A stretch of 64,000 bases of DNA from Myxococcota bacterium (GCA_965223705.1 OZ245015.1:1568001-1632000); one strand, 5' to 3'; positions 18,191 through 30,947 are shown, counted from the stretch's first letter. Numbers and translations are program-made. The notes: generated from the sequence alone by a model not told the origin.

Positions 18191-18751
18191 ATGCCCCGCA
18201 TCCGCGAGCTATCGAAAAGCGAGGCGGCGCCCTCGGTCGCGAAGATGATGAGCGCCCAAGAGGATTATTTCGGGTTCGTGCTCAATCCGCTCAAGGTGAT
18301 GGGGTTCTGCCCGACGATTGCCGAAGGCGCGAACGCGTTGATGGAGGGGATCGATCGCGCCGGTGCCCTCGAAGCGAAGCTGCACTCTCTCCTCAACGCG
18401 AGGGTGGCGTCGCTCAATGGGTGTCCGTTCTGACTGGACCTCAATGCATCCAGGGGGATGCAACAAGGCCTGTCGGAAGATCAGATCGCCGGACTCGACG
18501 AATACCCGACGAGCTCGCACTTCTCGACGCGCGAGAAGTTGGCCCTTGAGTACGCGGACCGGATCACGCAAAGCGACCGAGACGTCGACGAGGCGTTCTT
18601 CGCGAAGCTCGAGAAGGAGTTTTCAACGCCCGAGGAGATCGTGGAACTGACCGCGGTCGTGGCGTTCGAGAATTTCCGAAGCAAATTCAATCACGCGCTG
18701 CTGGTGGAGTCGAACGGCACCTGTCGCATCGATCTGAAGCCCCGAGGCTGA
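18191..18751 (+). CDS. AhpD/carboxymuconolactone decarboxylase family protein, predicted selenoprotein (CxxU)
   Basis: ORFs 18191-18433 and 18458-18751 are in one frame. The TGA at 18431-18433 occupies the second Cys of NGCPF(C). The C-terminal half has FS.RE..AL.YA..IT and EIVELT......NF...FN motifs. Confidence 0.82.
18434..18470 (+). promoter_or_regulatory. Putative bacterial SECIS element
   Basis: Perfect 7-bp stem TGCATCC (18445-51)/GGATGCA (18456-62) with an AGGG loop starting 18 nt after the UGA. Possible lower stem GG(A)CCT/AGGCC. Confidence 0.7.
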
Positions 18752-18754
18752 GCT

Positions 18755-19180
18755 CTAGCCCGCGCCGACCGGCCGAAACATCGGAAGCTTCTGCCCTTCC
18801 GGGTGGGTGACGAAGTACGCTTCCACCGGTAAGTCGAATGCGACGTCGTCCGGATCGATGTCCGTCAGGTTCGAGATCATCCGCAGCCCCGCCTGCTCCT
18901 CGAGCTCGATCTCCGCGACGACGTAGGGCACGCGATCGACGGCGGCGGGGTGGACGGGGTGCGTGACCACCGTCCAGGTCGTCACGCGGCCGCGTCCCGA
19001 GAGCGGCGTCCAGTGCAAGTCGGAGCTCTGGCAGGCGGTGCACAAAGGGCCCGGCATCCAGCGTATGTGTCCGCAATCCGCGCATCGCTGCATCGCGATT
19101 TCTTCGCGGTTACACGCTTCCCAGTAAGGCTCGGCGTCGAGATCGGGAACCGGGAAGGGAAAGCTCGGTTGCTCGGGCAT
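18755..19180 (-). CDS. Zn-ribbon + OB-fold protein (DUF35/ChsH2-like)
   Basis: PYWEA...QRCADC...P...CTACQS, SGRG.V..WTV, PYVVA.IELEE. Confidence 0.88.
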   Translation of the reverse strand: MPEQPSFPFPVPDLDAEPYWEACNREEIAMQRCADCGHIRWMPGPLCTACQSSDLHWTPLSGRGRVTTWTVVTHPVHPAAVDRVPYVVAEIELEEQAGLRMISNLTDIDPDDVAFDLPVEAYFVTHPEGQKLPMFRPVGAG

Positions 19181-19273
19181 AGGCCAGGGATTCTACCGCG
19201 GCCGGCGTCGCGTCGGCTCGGGAGGCGACACTTCGGTAAGCTCCGCCTCGCAAACCATCGATAGGACCGCTTC

Positions 19274-20480
<1,207 letters not shown>

Positions 20481-20491
<11 letters not shown>

Positions 20492-21338
20492 CTCGCTGCG
20501 CGTTCAGTCCCCAGTCGTAGGGGATGAACGCGATGTCGCAGTCCGCGCAGGCGGCGAGCTCTTCGCGCAGGCGCTCCCCGGCGAAGAGCGCCACGTAGCG
20601 CTCGAGCGTCGGAGGTTGCTCCGCGACGTTGCGCTCGAGCCAACCGGTAAAGTCGTTCTCGTACCAGTCGAAGATGCTCGAGATCTGAATCTCGCGCTTC
20701 GCAGCATCGATCACGACATGGCGCGGGTCGGCCACGAAGTCCCTCGCTTCGCGGTTGAGCTGCTTCTCGAGCTTGACGCCGGTAAACGCTTCCTGGGGGA
20801 GCCGCGGGCAACCGATCGATGCGCAGTTGAGCGCGAAATGGATCCGCGGATCATCGAAACGCTTGCGGATCACGCGATTCTCGAGAGCGTAGAGAGACGT
20901 TCGCCGACCGCCGAGGGTGATCCGCTGAAGCAGAAAAAAGCCGGTGCCCTCCGGCGCGAAGAACAGGACCGACGGCGCTCGCACCGAGCGGACGCTGTCG
21001 ATCGGGTAGTGATCGAGAACCGTGGCGATCGTCCACGCGTTGTAAGCGTTGATCCAGTACGCGAGCTGGTGCGCTTCCGTGGGGAAAGCCGACGCGTCGG
21101 AATCGGGGCTCGTCTTTGCGATCGCTGCGAGGTAGCGATCGAGGTCGCTACGGTCGTCTCGCGCCGCCGGGTAGTCGACGCGACCGTCGCGATCGACGTA
21201 GCGGCCGACGAAAGCGTCCCAGGCGTCGTGCGAGAAGACGGTGTCGGAAGGGGCGAGCGGTACGTCCGGGCGAGGGACCGGGACGGTGGAGCAAGCCGTG
21301 AGCCAGAGCGCGAGTGAGATGGCGATCGCCCGCGCCAT
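20481..21338 (-). CDS. DUF547 domain lipoprotein
   Basis: Lipobox [42 protein letters not shown] and YDW.LN motifs. Confidence 0.9.
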
Positions 21339-22699
21339 CACACCGAGTGCTCTCGCTTGAAGCGGTCATACCACTGATTTCGTAGGTCGGTGGCATTGAC
21401 GCGACACATCGAGTGCAGCTCCCCGTCCATGGCGACTTTGAAGGCGCAGCTCGCTTCGCGTTCTCGCCCGCGCTCGCTTTCGAGCTCGTCGCGGTTCATG
21501 AAGTGGTGGCTCACGATGTTGAGATAGTGAACCCGCGCGCGTTGTGTCACCAGCGTCGCGAGGCCGCGCGGGGCAGATCCACCGGTCGCGCGTCGAATCC
21601 AGCGAATTCCCCACGCTGGCAGTCCGCCGAAGACGAGTCTCGGATAACGCCGTGCGAGGCCGATTCCGCGGGCGATCGCGACGGCTCGCGAGTCGCGTCG
21701 GAATGTCAACCCGCCCCACGCGGCGAGCAGTGCGCGGCGGAGTTCGAGATCCCGCGCATCGCTGCTATCGAGCAAGGTTTCGAAACGGCTCGGTCCGCCT
21801 TTCTCAGTCCACACAGCGCCCTGCACGAAGCGGCTGCAATCCGGGTCTCCCAGGAACCCCCGGGCGCGCTCGAGTTCGCCCTCTTCACGCGCGAGCCCGC
21901 GCGCGATTTCTTTCCACAACGCTTCGACGGCGACTGGAGCGCGCAGCTCCGCTCGCGTTCGACCCACGGCCGCGACCGGTTGGAAGCTCACCATCGAAAA
22001 CGCGTCCGCGTTTTCGACGCACCACGCGACGATCGATGCGACGCCTGACAAGTTCTCTCGCGTAACCGTGACCGTGGAGGCAACGTGAAGCGGCTGTCCC
22101 GTACGGCGCCGTACGAACCGGATGAGTTCGGCGAACTCATCCCGCAGCGGCATCAGCTTGGCTTCGTCGTCGACTTTCGCGTACGAGCTGTCGCGCCGAC
22201 CGCGTTGCGTCGTATCGATGTGAATCGAAAGCTCCCGCAGGCCGCCTTCCACCATGAGTCGTTCAAGGCGTTCGGGTTGCTGCCGGAAGCTCTCGCCGTG
22301 GCTCATCAGCATCGGAACCAGTTTCAACTGACGCGCTCGGCGGACGATCTCGATCAGTTCGCCCGGCTCTCGCAACGCGACTTCACCGTCGGTCAGTTGG
22401 AGGTTGCCACCCGGGCCGAGCCACTCCGCAAGCGTCTCGAGCTGCTCTGAGATCGCAGCGACCGGAAGCGCGGGCACCGCGTTCGCCGACGCTCCCAAGT
22501 AGCAGCCGCGACATGAAAAATCGCACCGCGGCATCGCGCCGATGGTGGCGCCACAGCCCGCGTACTGGCGCCCCAGAAATTGGCGCTCCGAACGCAGCCT
22601 CTCGGGCACCGAGTCCCAGGCCCGAGCGAGCGCTCGCCGCGATGCTTCCGCAACCGGAGTGTGCAGGGCCGACCAGACACGCAAGAGGGAGTGCCGCAT
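21338..22699 (-). CDS. Radical SAM protein of unknown function
   Basis: CDFSCRGC (CxxxCxxC), QLTDGE (GGE-equivalent), additional C-terminal Cys (DCS, SCAF, SMC). TGATG-coupled to the DUF547 gene. Confidence 0.85.
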   Translation of the reverse strand: MRHSLLRVWSALHTPVAEASRRALARAWDSVPERLRSERQFLGRQYAGCGATIGAMPRCDFSCRGCYLGASANAVPALPVAAISEQLETLAEWLGPGGNLQLTDGEVALREPGELIEIVRRARQLKLVPMLMSHGESFRQQPERLERLMVEGGLRELSIHIDTTQRGRRDSSYAKVDDEAKLMPLRDEFAELIRFVRRRTGQPLHVASTVTVTRENLSGVASIVAWCVENADAFSMVSFQPVAAVGRTRAELRAPVAVEALWKEIARGLAREEGELERARGFLGDPDCSRFVQGAVWTEKGGPSRFETLLDSSDARDLELRRALLAAWGGLTFRRDSRAVAIARGIGLARRYPRLVFGGLPAWGIRWIRRATGGSAPRGLATLVTQRARVHYLNIVSHHFMNRDELESERGREREASCAFKVAMDGELHSMCRVNATDLRNQWYDRFKREHSV

Positions 22700-22753
22700 C
22701 CCGCGAGACAGTACGCAGAGAGGAGCCCGCGGTTACGCCGCGCGCTTCCGTTC

Positions 22754-24817
22754 TTACCAGCGCTTTCCGAGAAGCGCCCGGAAGCCGTCGGCTTCGAGCG
22801 CGCCGCTGATGAGGAAGCCCTGAATTTCGTCACAGCCGTGCTGGTCGAGCCAGTCCGCTTGGGCTTCGTCGTCGACACCCTCGGCGACCGTTCGGATACC
22901 GAGGGACGAAGACATCTCGATCAGCGCTTTGACGACTCCCGCCGCATCATCGTTGTGCGGGACGTTCTTCAGCAAGCAGCGATCGATCTTCAAGGTGTCG
23001 ATCGGGAACTGCAAGAGGTAGGAGAGCGACGAGTATCCCGTCCCGAAGTCGTCGAGGGCGATGCGCAAACCGATCGAGCGCAACAAGCGCAAGGTCTCGC
23101 CAATGGCCTCAGCCTTCCCGAGAAAGAGGTTTTCGGTGATTTCGAGTTCCAAGTGCTTCGGGGGCGTCCGGTAGCGGCTCAGCGTGTCCGACACCCACTC
23201 GACGACGTTCTCCCGAAGGAACTGCTGGGGCGAGACGTTGACCGAGATGACAAAGTCTTCGTACCCGGCGTTCAACCAGGCCCGCACCTGTTCGCACGCC
23301 ATCTCGAGGACGCGGCGCCCGAGCGGAATGATGAGCCCGGTACTTTCCGCGACCGGAATAAACTCCGCGGGGCTCACCTGGCCGAGGGAATTGTCCTTCC
23401 ATCGGGCGAGGGCCTCGCCGCCCGAGACGCGGCCTTCTTGAAGATCCAGCCTCGGTTGGTAGTGCACGTGAACTTCGTCGCGGGCGACCGCCCGACGAAG
23501 CGCCGAAGCGACGTTCAGCCGCCGCAGTGACGCCGTGTCCATCGACTCGTCGTAGAAGGCGTAGTTGTTCGGGCCCCGCGACTTGGCCTGATACATCGCT
23601 TGGTCGGCGTGGGTGAAGAGCTCTTCCGCGCTCTTGGCGTCGGCGGGGAACATCGAGATGCCGATACTTCCGGATACGGCGACTTCGTGGTCGTCGATGA
23701 GAATGGGCTCCGCCAAGATCGCCGCCAGGCGGTCGGCGACGATCTCGGTGCCCGGCGCCCCGTCGACTTTCGTTAGGAGCAGCGCGAATTCGTCGCCTCC
23801 GAGACGAGAGACGGCGGGCTTTTCGGCCGTTCCGCACCGCGCGAGGGCGTCGGACGAACGGATATGGCTCAGAATGCGTTCCGCGACGTGGGTCAGCAGC
23901 TGGTCGCCGGCGGCGTGGCCCAGGGAGTCGTTTACGGTCTTGAAGCCGTCGAGGTCGATAAAGAGAAGCGCCATCTCGTGTTGGCTGCGACGCGCGGCGT
24001 GGACGCAGTGATCGATGCGTTCGACGAAGGCGCGACGATTCGGGAGCCCCGTCAGCGTGTCGTGGTCCGCCAGGTAACGCATGCGGCGGAACAGCATCGC
24101 CTGTTCTGTGACGTCTTGGACCGTTCCGAAGATGCGCCGACCTTCGGATAGACCGCGCATCCGCACCGTGAGCTCGCGCCCGTCGGACGCGCACAGCCGG
24201 TGCTCGAGGTCGAAACGCGTTCCTTCCTGGCGGGTTCGTTCGAGCGCTTTGAACACACGGTCGACGTCGCCGTCGTGAACGAACCGGATGTAGTGGGTCG
24301 AGCTGTTGGCGTCTCGGGCGAGGTCCGAACCGAGGATGTCCCTCGCCTGACGCGACCAGTGCAGCGCGTCGCTGTCGAGATTCCAGCGCCAGGAGCCCAC
24401 TTCTCCGATGCGCTCCCACCGAGCGGCGTCGTCGATGCTCGGTTCGGGCGGGCGTGTCGCGGCGAGCAAGCGGTTGATCCGGAAGCGCGCGGACGCTTCA
24501 TCGGAAAGCCCACGCGACCAATCGACGTTCGGTAGCACTTCGGAAACGCTGGTCGGCGGCGGTGCACTGCTCAACCAAATGGTCGGCGGCATTGGAAGTC
24601 GCTTCGCGATCATCTCGAGCCAGCGCGGAAGATTAGGGCCGATTCTGGCATCGAGAATGACGATGTCCGCGCTGCGCGACGCGATGAACGATTCCGCGTC
24701 CCGGGCTTTGCTCGTGACGATCAATTCGTATCCCGCCGACAACCGTTGGGTCGCCGCGAGACACATCGCCTCGTCTCGTGAGACCAATAGAAGTGTCAGG
24801 CGTTCCACTGAATCCAT
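22754..24817 (-). CDS. Diguanylate cyclase/phosphodiesterase (REC-like, PAS, GGDEF, EAL)
   Basis: D.LTGLPNR, RLGGDEF, EAL, ELEITE, ALDDFGTGYSSL, KIDR and QGF motifs. Confidence 0.93.
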   Translation of the reverse strand: MDSVERLTLLLVSRDEAMCLAATQRLSAGYELIVTSKARDAESFIASRSADIVILDARIGPNLPRWLEMIAKRLPMPPTIWLSSAPPPTSVSEVLPNVDWSRGLSDEASARFRINRLLAATRPPEPSIDDAARWERIGEVGSWRWNLDSDALHWSRQARDILGSDLARDANSSTHYIRFVHDGDVDRVFKALERTRQEGTRFDLEHRLCASDGRELTVRMRGLSEGRRIFGTVQDVTEQAMLFRRMRYLADHDTLTGLPNRRAFVERIDHCVHAARRSQHEMALLFIDLDGFKTVNDSLGHAAGDQLLTHVAERILSHIRSSDALARCGTAEKPAVSRLGGDEFALLLTKVDGAPGTEIVADRLAAILAEPILIDDHEVAVSGSIGISMFPADAKSAEELFTHADQAMYQAKSRGPNNYAFYDESMDTASLRRLNVASALRRAVARDEVHVHYQPRLDLQEGRVSGGEALARWKDNSLGQVSPAEFIPVAESTGLIIPLGRRVLEMACEQVRAWLNAGYEDFVISVNVSPQQFLRENVVEWVSDTLSRYRTPPKHLELEITENLFLGKAEAIGETLRLLRSIGLRIALDDFGTGYSSLSYLLQFPIDTLKIDRCLLKNVPHNDDAAGVVKALIEMSSSLGIRTVAEGVDDEAQADWLDQHGCDEIQGFLISGALEADGFRALLGKRW

Positions 24818-24831
24818 ACCGCTCGTAGGGC

Positions 24832-24858
24832 GTATCGACCGCGTCGGGCCCTAGCTCA
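24832..24858 (-). promoter_or_regulatory. Sigma28 (FliA)-like promoter upstream of the GGDEF-EAL gene
   Basis: Minus strand TGAG-N15-GTCGATAC versus consensus TAAA-N15-GCCGATAA. Confidence 0.4.
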
Positions 24859-24971
24859 AGCGCGCACGCTCACTTGGCGGTCGATCCTGCCTAGGGCATT
24901 CTCCTCCGGAACTTCCCCAGGTCGGACAGGACGAGCGCCTTTCCCTTGGGGGCCAACCAGGGCCCAAACCG

Positions 24972-26291
24972 ATGGCGAGCACCGCGAAGCAAGAAGCCGA
25001 CGAACTCTTGGTCGATGTTGAAGAGACGGGGGCGATCCAACGAGACGTCCGTGTCACGGTCCCCGAAAAGCGCGTCAAGCGCGCTTTCGAGAAGGCCTAC
25101 CGTCAGCTCGGGCGCCAGGTCGTCGTGAAGGGGTTTCGCCCCGGTAAAGCGCCACGCTCGGTGTTGGAAAAACTCTACGGGCCGTCGATTGCCGAGGACG
25201 TCGAGAGGACAGTCGTCTCAGAAACCCTGGCCGACGCGTTCGAGCTGGCAGAGCTCGAGCCGGTCTCCGAGCCCTCCATCGACGCGGCGCTGCCGGAGAA
25301 CGGGAAGCCGCTGGTCTACACCGCGAGCGTGGAGGTGAAGCCCGTGATCTCCCTTCCGGAGCTCACCGGTCTGGCGGCTTCGCGCCCGGCGGTTTCCGTC
25401 GACGAGGACGCGGTGGATACCGAAATCAACCATTTGCGGGAGCGGCGCGCGCCGCTGGTCGATCAACCTGCGGACACCGCCGCCGCGACCGGGCAGTACC
25501 TGACGATCGACTACGTCGGGCGAATCGACGGGGAGGCCTTCGAAGGCGGGAGCGGGCAGGGCGTCACCCTCGAGCTCGGCAGCAACCGGTTCATTCCGGG
25601 CTTCGAGGAACAGCTCGAAGGCGCGAAGGCGGAAGAGGACCGCGAAGTGCGGGTCACGTTCCCGGAAGACTACGGCCACGACGAGTTGGCGGGGAAAGAC
25701 GCGGAGTTCGCCGTTCACGTCGCGAAGATCCAGGCACGCGAGCTGCCGACTGTCGACGATGCCTTTGCGAAAGACGTCGGCGACCACGAGTCCGTCGATG
25801 CGCTTCGCGCGCAAATTCGCTCCGACTTGGAGGAGCAGCAGAGCAAGCAAGCGGATCAGGAGCTCCGCCGGACATTGCTCGATTCCCTGCTCGACAAGAC
25901 CGTTTTCGATGTTCCCCAGGGTATGGTGGATCGGCAGCTCAACCACCGGCTCGAGATGGCAGCGCGTCAGCTCGGACAGGCGTTCGGCGACCAGCTCCCG
26001 GAGCAGCTCGCCCGCTGGCGGGAAGAATGGCGCGAGGGCGCCGAGCGCGAAGTGCGCGAGCACTTGGTCCTCGAGGCCGTCGCGAAGGAAAAGGGCTTCG
26101 AGGCTTCGGAGGAAGACATCTCCGCGCGCCTCGAGGAGATTGCACGAGAACAGGGCATCGACCTCGAACGGCTCCGCGGGGCGTACGACGAGCCGGGTAT
26201 GACCGAGGCGCTCGGCGCCGAAATCGCGTCGGAACGGGCGCTTGATTTCTTGCGCTCCGAGGCTAAGGTCGAAGAAGTTACGGGCACTTAG
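24972..26291 (+). CDS. tig: Trigger factor
   Basis: GFRPGKAP ribosome-binding motif, FKBP domain (FIPGFEEQL, VTFPEDY). Upstream of clpP. Confidence 0.96.
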   Translation: MASTAKQEADELLVDVEETGAIQRDVRVTVPEKRVKRAFEKAYRQLGRQVVVKGFRPGKAPRSVLEKLYGPSIAEDVERTVVSETLADAFELAELEPVSEPSIDAALPENGKPLVYTASVEVKPVISLPELTGLAASRPAVSVDEDAVDTEINHLRERRAPLVDQPADTAAATGQYLTIDYVGRIDGEAFEGGSGQGVTLELGSNRFIPGFEEQLEGAKAEEDREVRVTFPEDYGHDELAGKDAEFAVHVAKIQARELPTVDDAFAKDVGDHESVDALRAQIRSDLEEQQSKQADQELRRTLLDSLLDKTVFDVPQGMVDRQLNHRLEMAARQLGQAFGDQLPEQLARWREEWREGAEREVREHLVLEAVAKEKGFEASEEDISARLEEIAREQGIDLERLRGAYDEPGMTEALGAEIASERALDFLRSEAKVEEVTGT

Positions 26292-26441
26292 GGGGGTAGC
26301 TGCCCGTACCGGAGAGTCCGCTGCGTGCCGGCGGGCTTCCCTCCACCGCACCGATGCACACTCCGCGGCGCCCCAACCCAAGGTCGGGCTTCCGCGCGGT
26401 GACACGCTAGCCTTGCAAGCTTGGCAAAGGAGTTTTGGGCC

Positions 26442-27065
26442 ATGCCCCTCGTCCCGATCGTCGTCGAGCAGAGCCACCGCGGAGAGCGCGCTTACGACAT
26501 CTATTCCCGTCTTCTGAAAGATCGGATCATCTTTCTGAGCGGGGGTATCGACGACGATGTCGCGAACTTGGTGATCGCCCAGCTGCTCTTCCTCGAGGCC
26601 GAAGATCCGGACCGGGACGTGCACCTGTACATCAATTCTCCGGGGGGATCGGTGACCTCCGGGCTCGCGATCTACGACACGATGAAATACATCCGCGCAG
26701 ACGTCTCGACGTTCTGCGTCGGCCAGGCAGCGTCGATGGGGGCGGTGCTCTTGGCCTGCGGCGACAAGGGCAAGCGAATCGCGCTGCCGAACTCGCGCGT
26801 CATGATCCATCAGCCGTGGGGCGGATTTCAGGGACAGGCAACCGATATCGATATCCAGGCACGCGAGATCTTGAAAATGCGCGAGACCCTGAATCAGATC
26901 CTCGCGGACCATACCGGCAAGCCGTTCGAGGAGATCGCGCGGGATACGGAGCGCGACTACTATATGTCTGGCGAGGATGCGCGTGCGTACGGCCTGATCG
27001 ATCAGGTCGTGGAGCAGCGCCCCACACCGGCAGCCGATAGTTCGTCCAACGGCAACGATGGCTGA
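26442..27065 (+). CDS. clpP: ATP-dependent Clp protease proteolytic subunit
   Basis: [43 protein letters not shown]. Confidence 0.97.
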   Translation: MPLVPIVVEQSHRGERAYDIYSRLLKDRIIFLSGGIDDDVANLVIAQLLFLEAEDPDRDVHLYINSPGGSVTSGLAIYDTMKYIRADVSTFCVGQAASMGAVLLACGDKGKRIALPNSRVMIHQPWGGFQGQATDIDIQAREILKMRETLNQILADHTGKPFEEIARDTERDYYMSGEDARAYGLIDQVVEQRPTPAADSSSNGNDG

Positions 27066-27107
27066 GCACCGAACTCGGCTCGCACCGGGTGAAAAAGGAG
27101 ACCTGCG

Positions 27108-28355
27108 GTGAAGAAGCGAGACGACGGCGCGAATCTGTCTTGCTCTTTCTGTGGAAAGAGTCAGAAAGAAGTGCGCAAGCTCATCGCAGGCCCCACCGTC
27201 TACATTTGCGATGAGTGCATTGAGCTCTGCAACGACATCATTGCAGAAGAGTACGGTCGCGAAGAAGGCCCCGAAGAGCGATCCGACGTCCCGAAGCCGC
27301 GGGAGATCAAGGCGATCCTCGACGAGTACGTCGTCGGCCAGGAGAACGCGAAGCGAACCCTTTCTGTCGCGGTGCACAACCACTACAAGCGCGTCGAAAA
27401 TCAGTCTCAGGTCGGCGACGTCGAGCTGCAGAAGTCGAACATCTTGCTGCTCGGCCCGACGGGCTCCGGTAAGACGCTGCTCGCGCAAACCCTGGCGAAG
27501 ATCCTCGATGTGCCGTTCACGATCGCCGATGCGACGACGCTGACCGAGGCGGGCTACGTCGGCGAAGACGTCGAGAACATCATCCTGAACCTGCTCCAGG
27601 CCGCGAACTACGACGTCGATCGCGCTCAGCGGGGCATCATCTACATCGACGAGATCGACAAGATCGCCCGCAAGAGCGAGAACCCCTCGATCACGCGCGA
27701 CGTCTCCGGCGAGGGCGTCCAGCAGGCCCTGCTCAAGATCATCGAGGGCACGACTGCCGCGGTCCCCCCGAAAGGGGGGCGGAAACACCCGCAGCAGGAG
27801 TTCTTGCAAATTGATACGTCGAACATTCTGTTCATCTGCGGCGGTGCGTTTGTCGATCTAGAAGGCGTGATCGAGCGACGGATCGGCGTAAACGGAATCG
27901 GCTTTGGCGGTCAGGTGAAGAGCAAGGAGAAGCAGCGTCTCGGTGCGCTTCTCTCTCAGGTTCGCCCGGAAGACCTCCTCAAGTTCGGCCTGATTCCGGA
28001 GTTCGTGGGTCGGATCCCCGTAATCGCCACGCTCGACGAGCTCGACGAAGACGCGCTGATCAGCATCCTGACGCAACCGAAAAACGCGTTGGTCAAGCAG
28101 TATCAGAAGCTCTTCGAGTTCGAAGATGTCCGGCTGCGCTTTACCGATGGCGCGTTGCGAGCCGTCGCGCGTCAAGCGCTGGCGCGAAAGGCTGGGGCGC
28201 GGGGTCTGCGGTCCATTCTCGAGGGCGCGATGCTCGACTTGATGTACGAGATTCCCTCCCGAGACGACATCGAAGAATGTGTGATCAACGAAGAAGTGAT
28301 TGAGCAGACGAGCGAACCCCTGCTCGTGTTCAAGCAGGAAGCGGAGTCGGCGTAA
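27108..28355 (+). CDS. clpX: ATP-dependent Clp protease ATP-binding subunit
   Basis: CSFCGK..ICDEC zinc finger, [22 protein letters not shown] loop. Confidence 0.98.
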   Translation: MKKRDDGANLSCSFCGKSQKEVRKLIAGPTVYICDECIELCNDIIAEEYGREEGPEERSDVPKPREIKAILDEYVVGQENAKRTLSVAVHNHYKRVENQSQVGDVELQKSNILLLGPTGSGKTLLAQTLAKILDVPFTIADATTLTEAGYVGEDVENIILNLLQAANYDVDRAQRGIIYIDEIDKIARKSENPSITRDVSGEGVQQALLKIIEGTTAAVPPKGGRKHPQQEFLQIDTSNILFICGGAFVDLEGVIERRIGVNGIGFGGQVKSKEKQRLGALLSQVRPEDLLKFGLIPEFVGRIPVIATLDELDEDALISILTQPKNALVKQYQKLFEFEDVRLRFTDGALRAVARQALARKAGARGLRSILEGAMLDLMYEIPSRDDIEECVINEEVIEQTSEPLLVFKQEAESA

Positions 28356-28382
28356 CCCCCTGCGCCGCCCACGGAGGCGGAG

Positions 28383-30851
28383 ATGTCACTGTTTCGGAAC
28401 GACGACGATTCGAACGACGAAGGTTCGGAAGAGGTCACGACAACGGGCGAGGACAAAGTCCTTCCCCTGCTTCCCCTTCGCGACATCGTCGTATTCCCCG
28501 GCATGGTCGTGCCGCTCTTTGTCGGGCGCCCGCGCTCGATCAAGGCGCTCGAGGATGCGGTCGGCACGGAGCGCGAGCTCTTGCTCTCCGCCCAACGCCA
28601 AGCCGCCACGGACGAGCCCGCCGCTGACGATATCTTCCGCATCGGGACGATCGGCTCGATCATCCAACTGCTCCGCCTGCCCGACGAGACGGTCAAGGTC
28701 CTGGTCGAGGGCAAGGCCCGGGCCGAGATCCAGAGCTTCGAGCAGGAAGAGCCCTTCTTCGCGTGCCGGGCCCGCGAGATCGCCGAGGCTACGGTCGCCA
28801 CCTCCCAGACCGAAGCGCTCGTTCGCAGTATTCACGCCTCGTTCGAAAAGTACGTGAAGCTCAACAAGAAGGTCCCGTCGGAAATTCTCAACACGGTGAC
28901 CCAGATCGAAGACGCCGGCCGGCTCGCCGACACGGTCGCGACGCATCTGAACCTGAAACTCGAAGATCGCCAGAAGCTTCTCGAGGTCTCGAACCCCGGC
29001 AAGCGGCTCGAGGACGTGTTCGCGCTGCTGCAAGCCGAGATCGAGGTTCTCGAAGTCGAGAAGCGCATCAGCGGTCGCGTCAAGAAGCAGATGGAGCGCT
29101 CCCAAAAGGAGTACTACCTGAACGAGCAGATGCGGGCGATCCAAAAAGAACTCGGCGAGCGCGACGAGTTCAAGAACGAGATCGCGGAGCTGGAAGAACA
29201 GCTCGCGAAGAAGAAGATGCCCGAAGAGGCGCGCGAACGAACCGACAAAGAGCTCCGCAAGCTCAAGATGATGTCGCCCATGAGCGCCGAAGCGACGGTG
29301 GTGCGCAACTACATCGATTGGATGATCGCGCTGCCGTGGGATGAGTACAAAGACGAGACCACCGACACGCTGGCGGCGGAAGGCACCCTGAACGAGGATC
29401 ACTTCGGCCTCGACAAGCCGAAGGAACGCATCCTCGAGTACCTGGCCGTTCAGGCGCTGGTCGGGAAGATGAAGGGCCCGATCCTGTGTCTGGTCGGTCC
29501 CCCGGGTGTCGGCAAGACATCCCTCGGTAAATCCATCGCGCGGGCCACGGGCCGCGATTTCGTGCGCATCAGCCTGGGCGGTGTGCGCGATGAGGCCGAG
29601 ATCCGCGGCCACCGGCGGACCTACATCGGCGCGTTGCCCGGCAAGATCATCCAGGGCTTGAAGAAAGCCGGCACGAGCAATCCGATCTTCCTCCTCGACG
29701 AGATCGACAAGATGTCGACCGACTTCCGGGGGGATCCGTCTTCGGCGCTCCTCGAGGTGCTCGATCCGGAGCAGAATCACACGTTCAACGATCACTACCT
29801 CGATCTCGACTACGACCTGTCGCGCGTGATGTTCGTCTGCACGGCGAACGTTTTGCACCAGATCCCGCGGCCGCTTCAAGACCGCATGGAGATCATCAAT
29901 ATCCCGGGCTACATCGAGAGCGAGAAGCTCCAGATCGCTCGCGATTTTCTGGTCAAAAAGCAACTCGAAGCGAACGGTCTCAACGACTCCCAGATCGCGT
30001 TCACGGATCAGGGGCTCCTCGAGATCATCCGGCGCTACACGCGGGAATCCGGCGTGCGGAACCTCGAGCGTGAAATCGCCTCGGTGTGTCGCAAGGTCGC
30101 CCGGGAAGTGGTGAAGGACAAGGACGCGAAGAAAGTGCGCGTCACACCCGGCGCCGTTCGCCGCTATTTGGGCATCGCGAAATACCGTTTCGGACGGGCG
30201 GAAGAGGAAGATCAGGTCGGCCTCTGCACAGGGCTGGCTTATACGGAGGTCGGCGGCGAACTGCTGACCACCGAAGTCGCGGTGACGCCGGGCAAGGGCA
30301 AGCTACAGGTGACCGGTCGCCTCGGCGAGGTCATGCAAGAGAGCGCGAACGCGGCGATCTCCTACATCCGCTCGCGTGCGAAGCAGCTCGGACTACAGCG
30401 CGACTTCTACTCAAAGGTCGACATCCACATTCACGTTCCCGAAGGCGCGACGCCGAAAGACGGTCCGTCCGCGGGTATCACGATTGCCACGGCTGTGGCG
30501 TCCGCGCTCACCCGGGTGCCAATTCGTTCCGATATCGCGATGACCGGCGAGATCACCCTGCGCGGTCGCGTGTTGCCCATCGGCGGCTTGAAGGAAAAGC
30601 TCATCGCGGCGCATCGGGGCGGGATCACGCATGTCCTCATTCCGAAAGAGAACGAGAAAGACCTGCGCGACATTCCCTCGATCATCAAGCGCAACGTCAA
30701 GATCACCATGGTCGAGCATATGGACGAAGTCTTGTCCCAGGCCCTGGCCCTCGATGACCCGGCCGCCTTCCTCCGCGAAGGGGATCACGTCGTCGAAGAT
30801 ATCTTCGACGTACCCACCGCTGGAGAACGCGCGCCCGCCGGCGTTAACTAG
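28383..30851 (+). CDS. lon: Lon protease (endopeptidase La)
   Basis: LPLRD..VFP N-domain, [16 protein letters not shown] catalytic Ser, IGGLKEK catalytic Lys. Confidence 0.98.
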   Translation: MSLFRNDDDSNDEGSEEVTTTGEDKVLPLLPLRDIVVFPGMVVPLFVGRPRSIKALEDAVGTERELLLSAQRQAATDEPAADDIFRIGTIGSIIQLLRLPDETVKVLVEGKARAEIQSFEQEEPFFACRAREIAEATVATSQTEALVRSIHASFEKYVKLNKKVPSEILNTVTQIEDAGRLADTVATHLNLKLEDRQKLLEVSNPGKRLEDVFALLQAEIEVLEVEKRISGRVKKQMERSQKEYYLNEQMRAIQKELGERDEFKNEIAELEEQLAKKKMPEEARERTDKELRKLKMMSPMSAEATVVRNYIDWMIALPWDEYKDETTDTLAAEGTLNEDHFGLDKPKERILEYLAVQALVGKMKGPILCLVGPPGVGKTSLGKSIARATGRDFVRISLGGVRDEAEIRGHRRTYIGALPGKIIQGLKKAGTSNPIFLLDEIDKMSTDFRGDPSSALLEVLDPEQNHTFNDHYLDLDYDLSRVMFVCTANVLHQIPRPLQDRMEIINIPGYIESEKLQIARDFLVKKQLEANGLNDSQIAFTDQGLLEIIRRYTRESGVRNLEREIASVCRKVAREVVKDKDAKKVRVTPGAVRRYLGIAKYRFGRAEEEDQVGLCTGLAYTEVGGELLTTEVAVTPGKGKLQVTGRLGEVMQESANAAISYIRSRAKQLGLQRDFYSKVDIHIHVPEGATPKDGPSAGITIATAVASALTRVPIRSDIAMTGEITLRGRVLPIGGLKEKLIAAHRGGITHVLIPKENEKDLRDIPSIIKRNVKITMVEHMDEVLSQALALDDPAAFLREGDHVVEDIFDVPTAGERAPAGVN

Positions 30852-30867
30852 GCCTCCGGGCCCGCGT

Positions 30868-30943
30868 GGGCGTGTAGCTCAGCTGGTAGAGCACCTGGTT
30901 TACACCCAGGCGGTCGGCGGTTCGATCCCGTCCGCGCCCACCA
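30868..30943 (+). tRNA. tRNA-Val (TAC)
   Basis: Acceptor GGGCGTG/CGCGCCC, anticodon arm CCTGG-TTTACAC-CCAGG, GTTCGAT, encoded CCA. Confidence 0.97.
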
Positions 30944-30947
30944 ACGG

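Noticed and set aside
18431..18433. Nonsense mutation/pseudogene or two separate small genes
   Set aside because: The stop is TGA precisely at a catalytic Cys position and is followed by a SECIS-like hairpin, so selenocysteine is the better explanation (pending sel genes).
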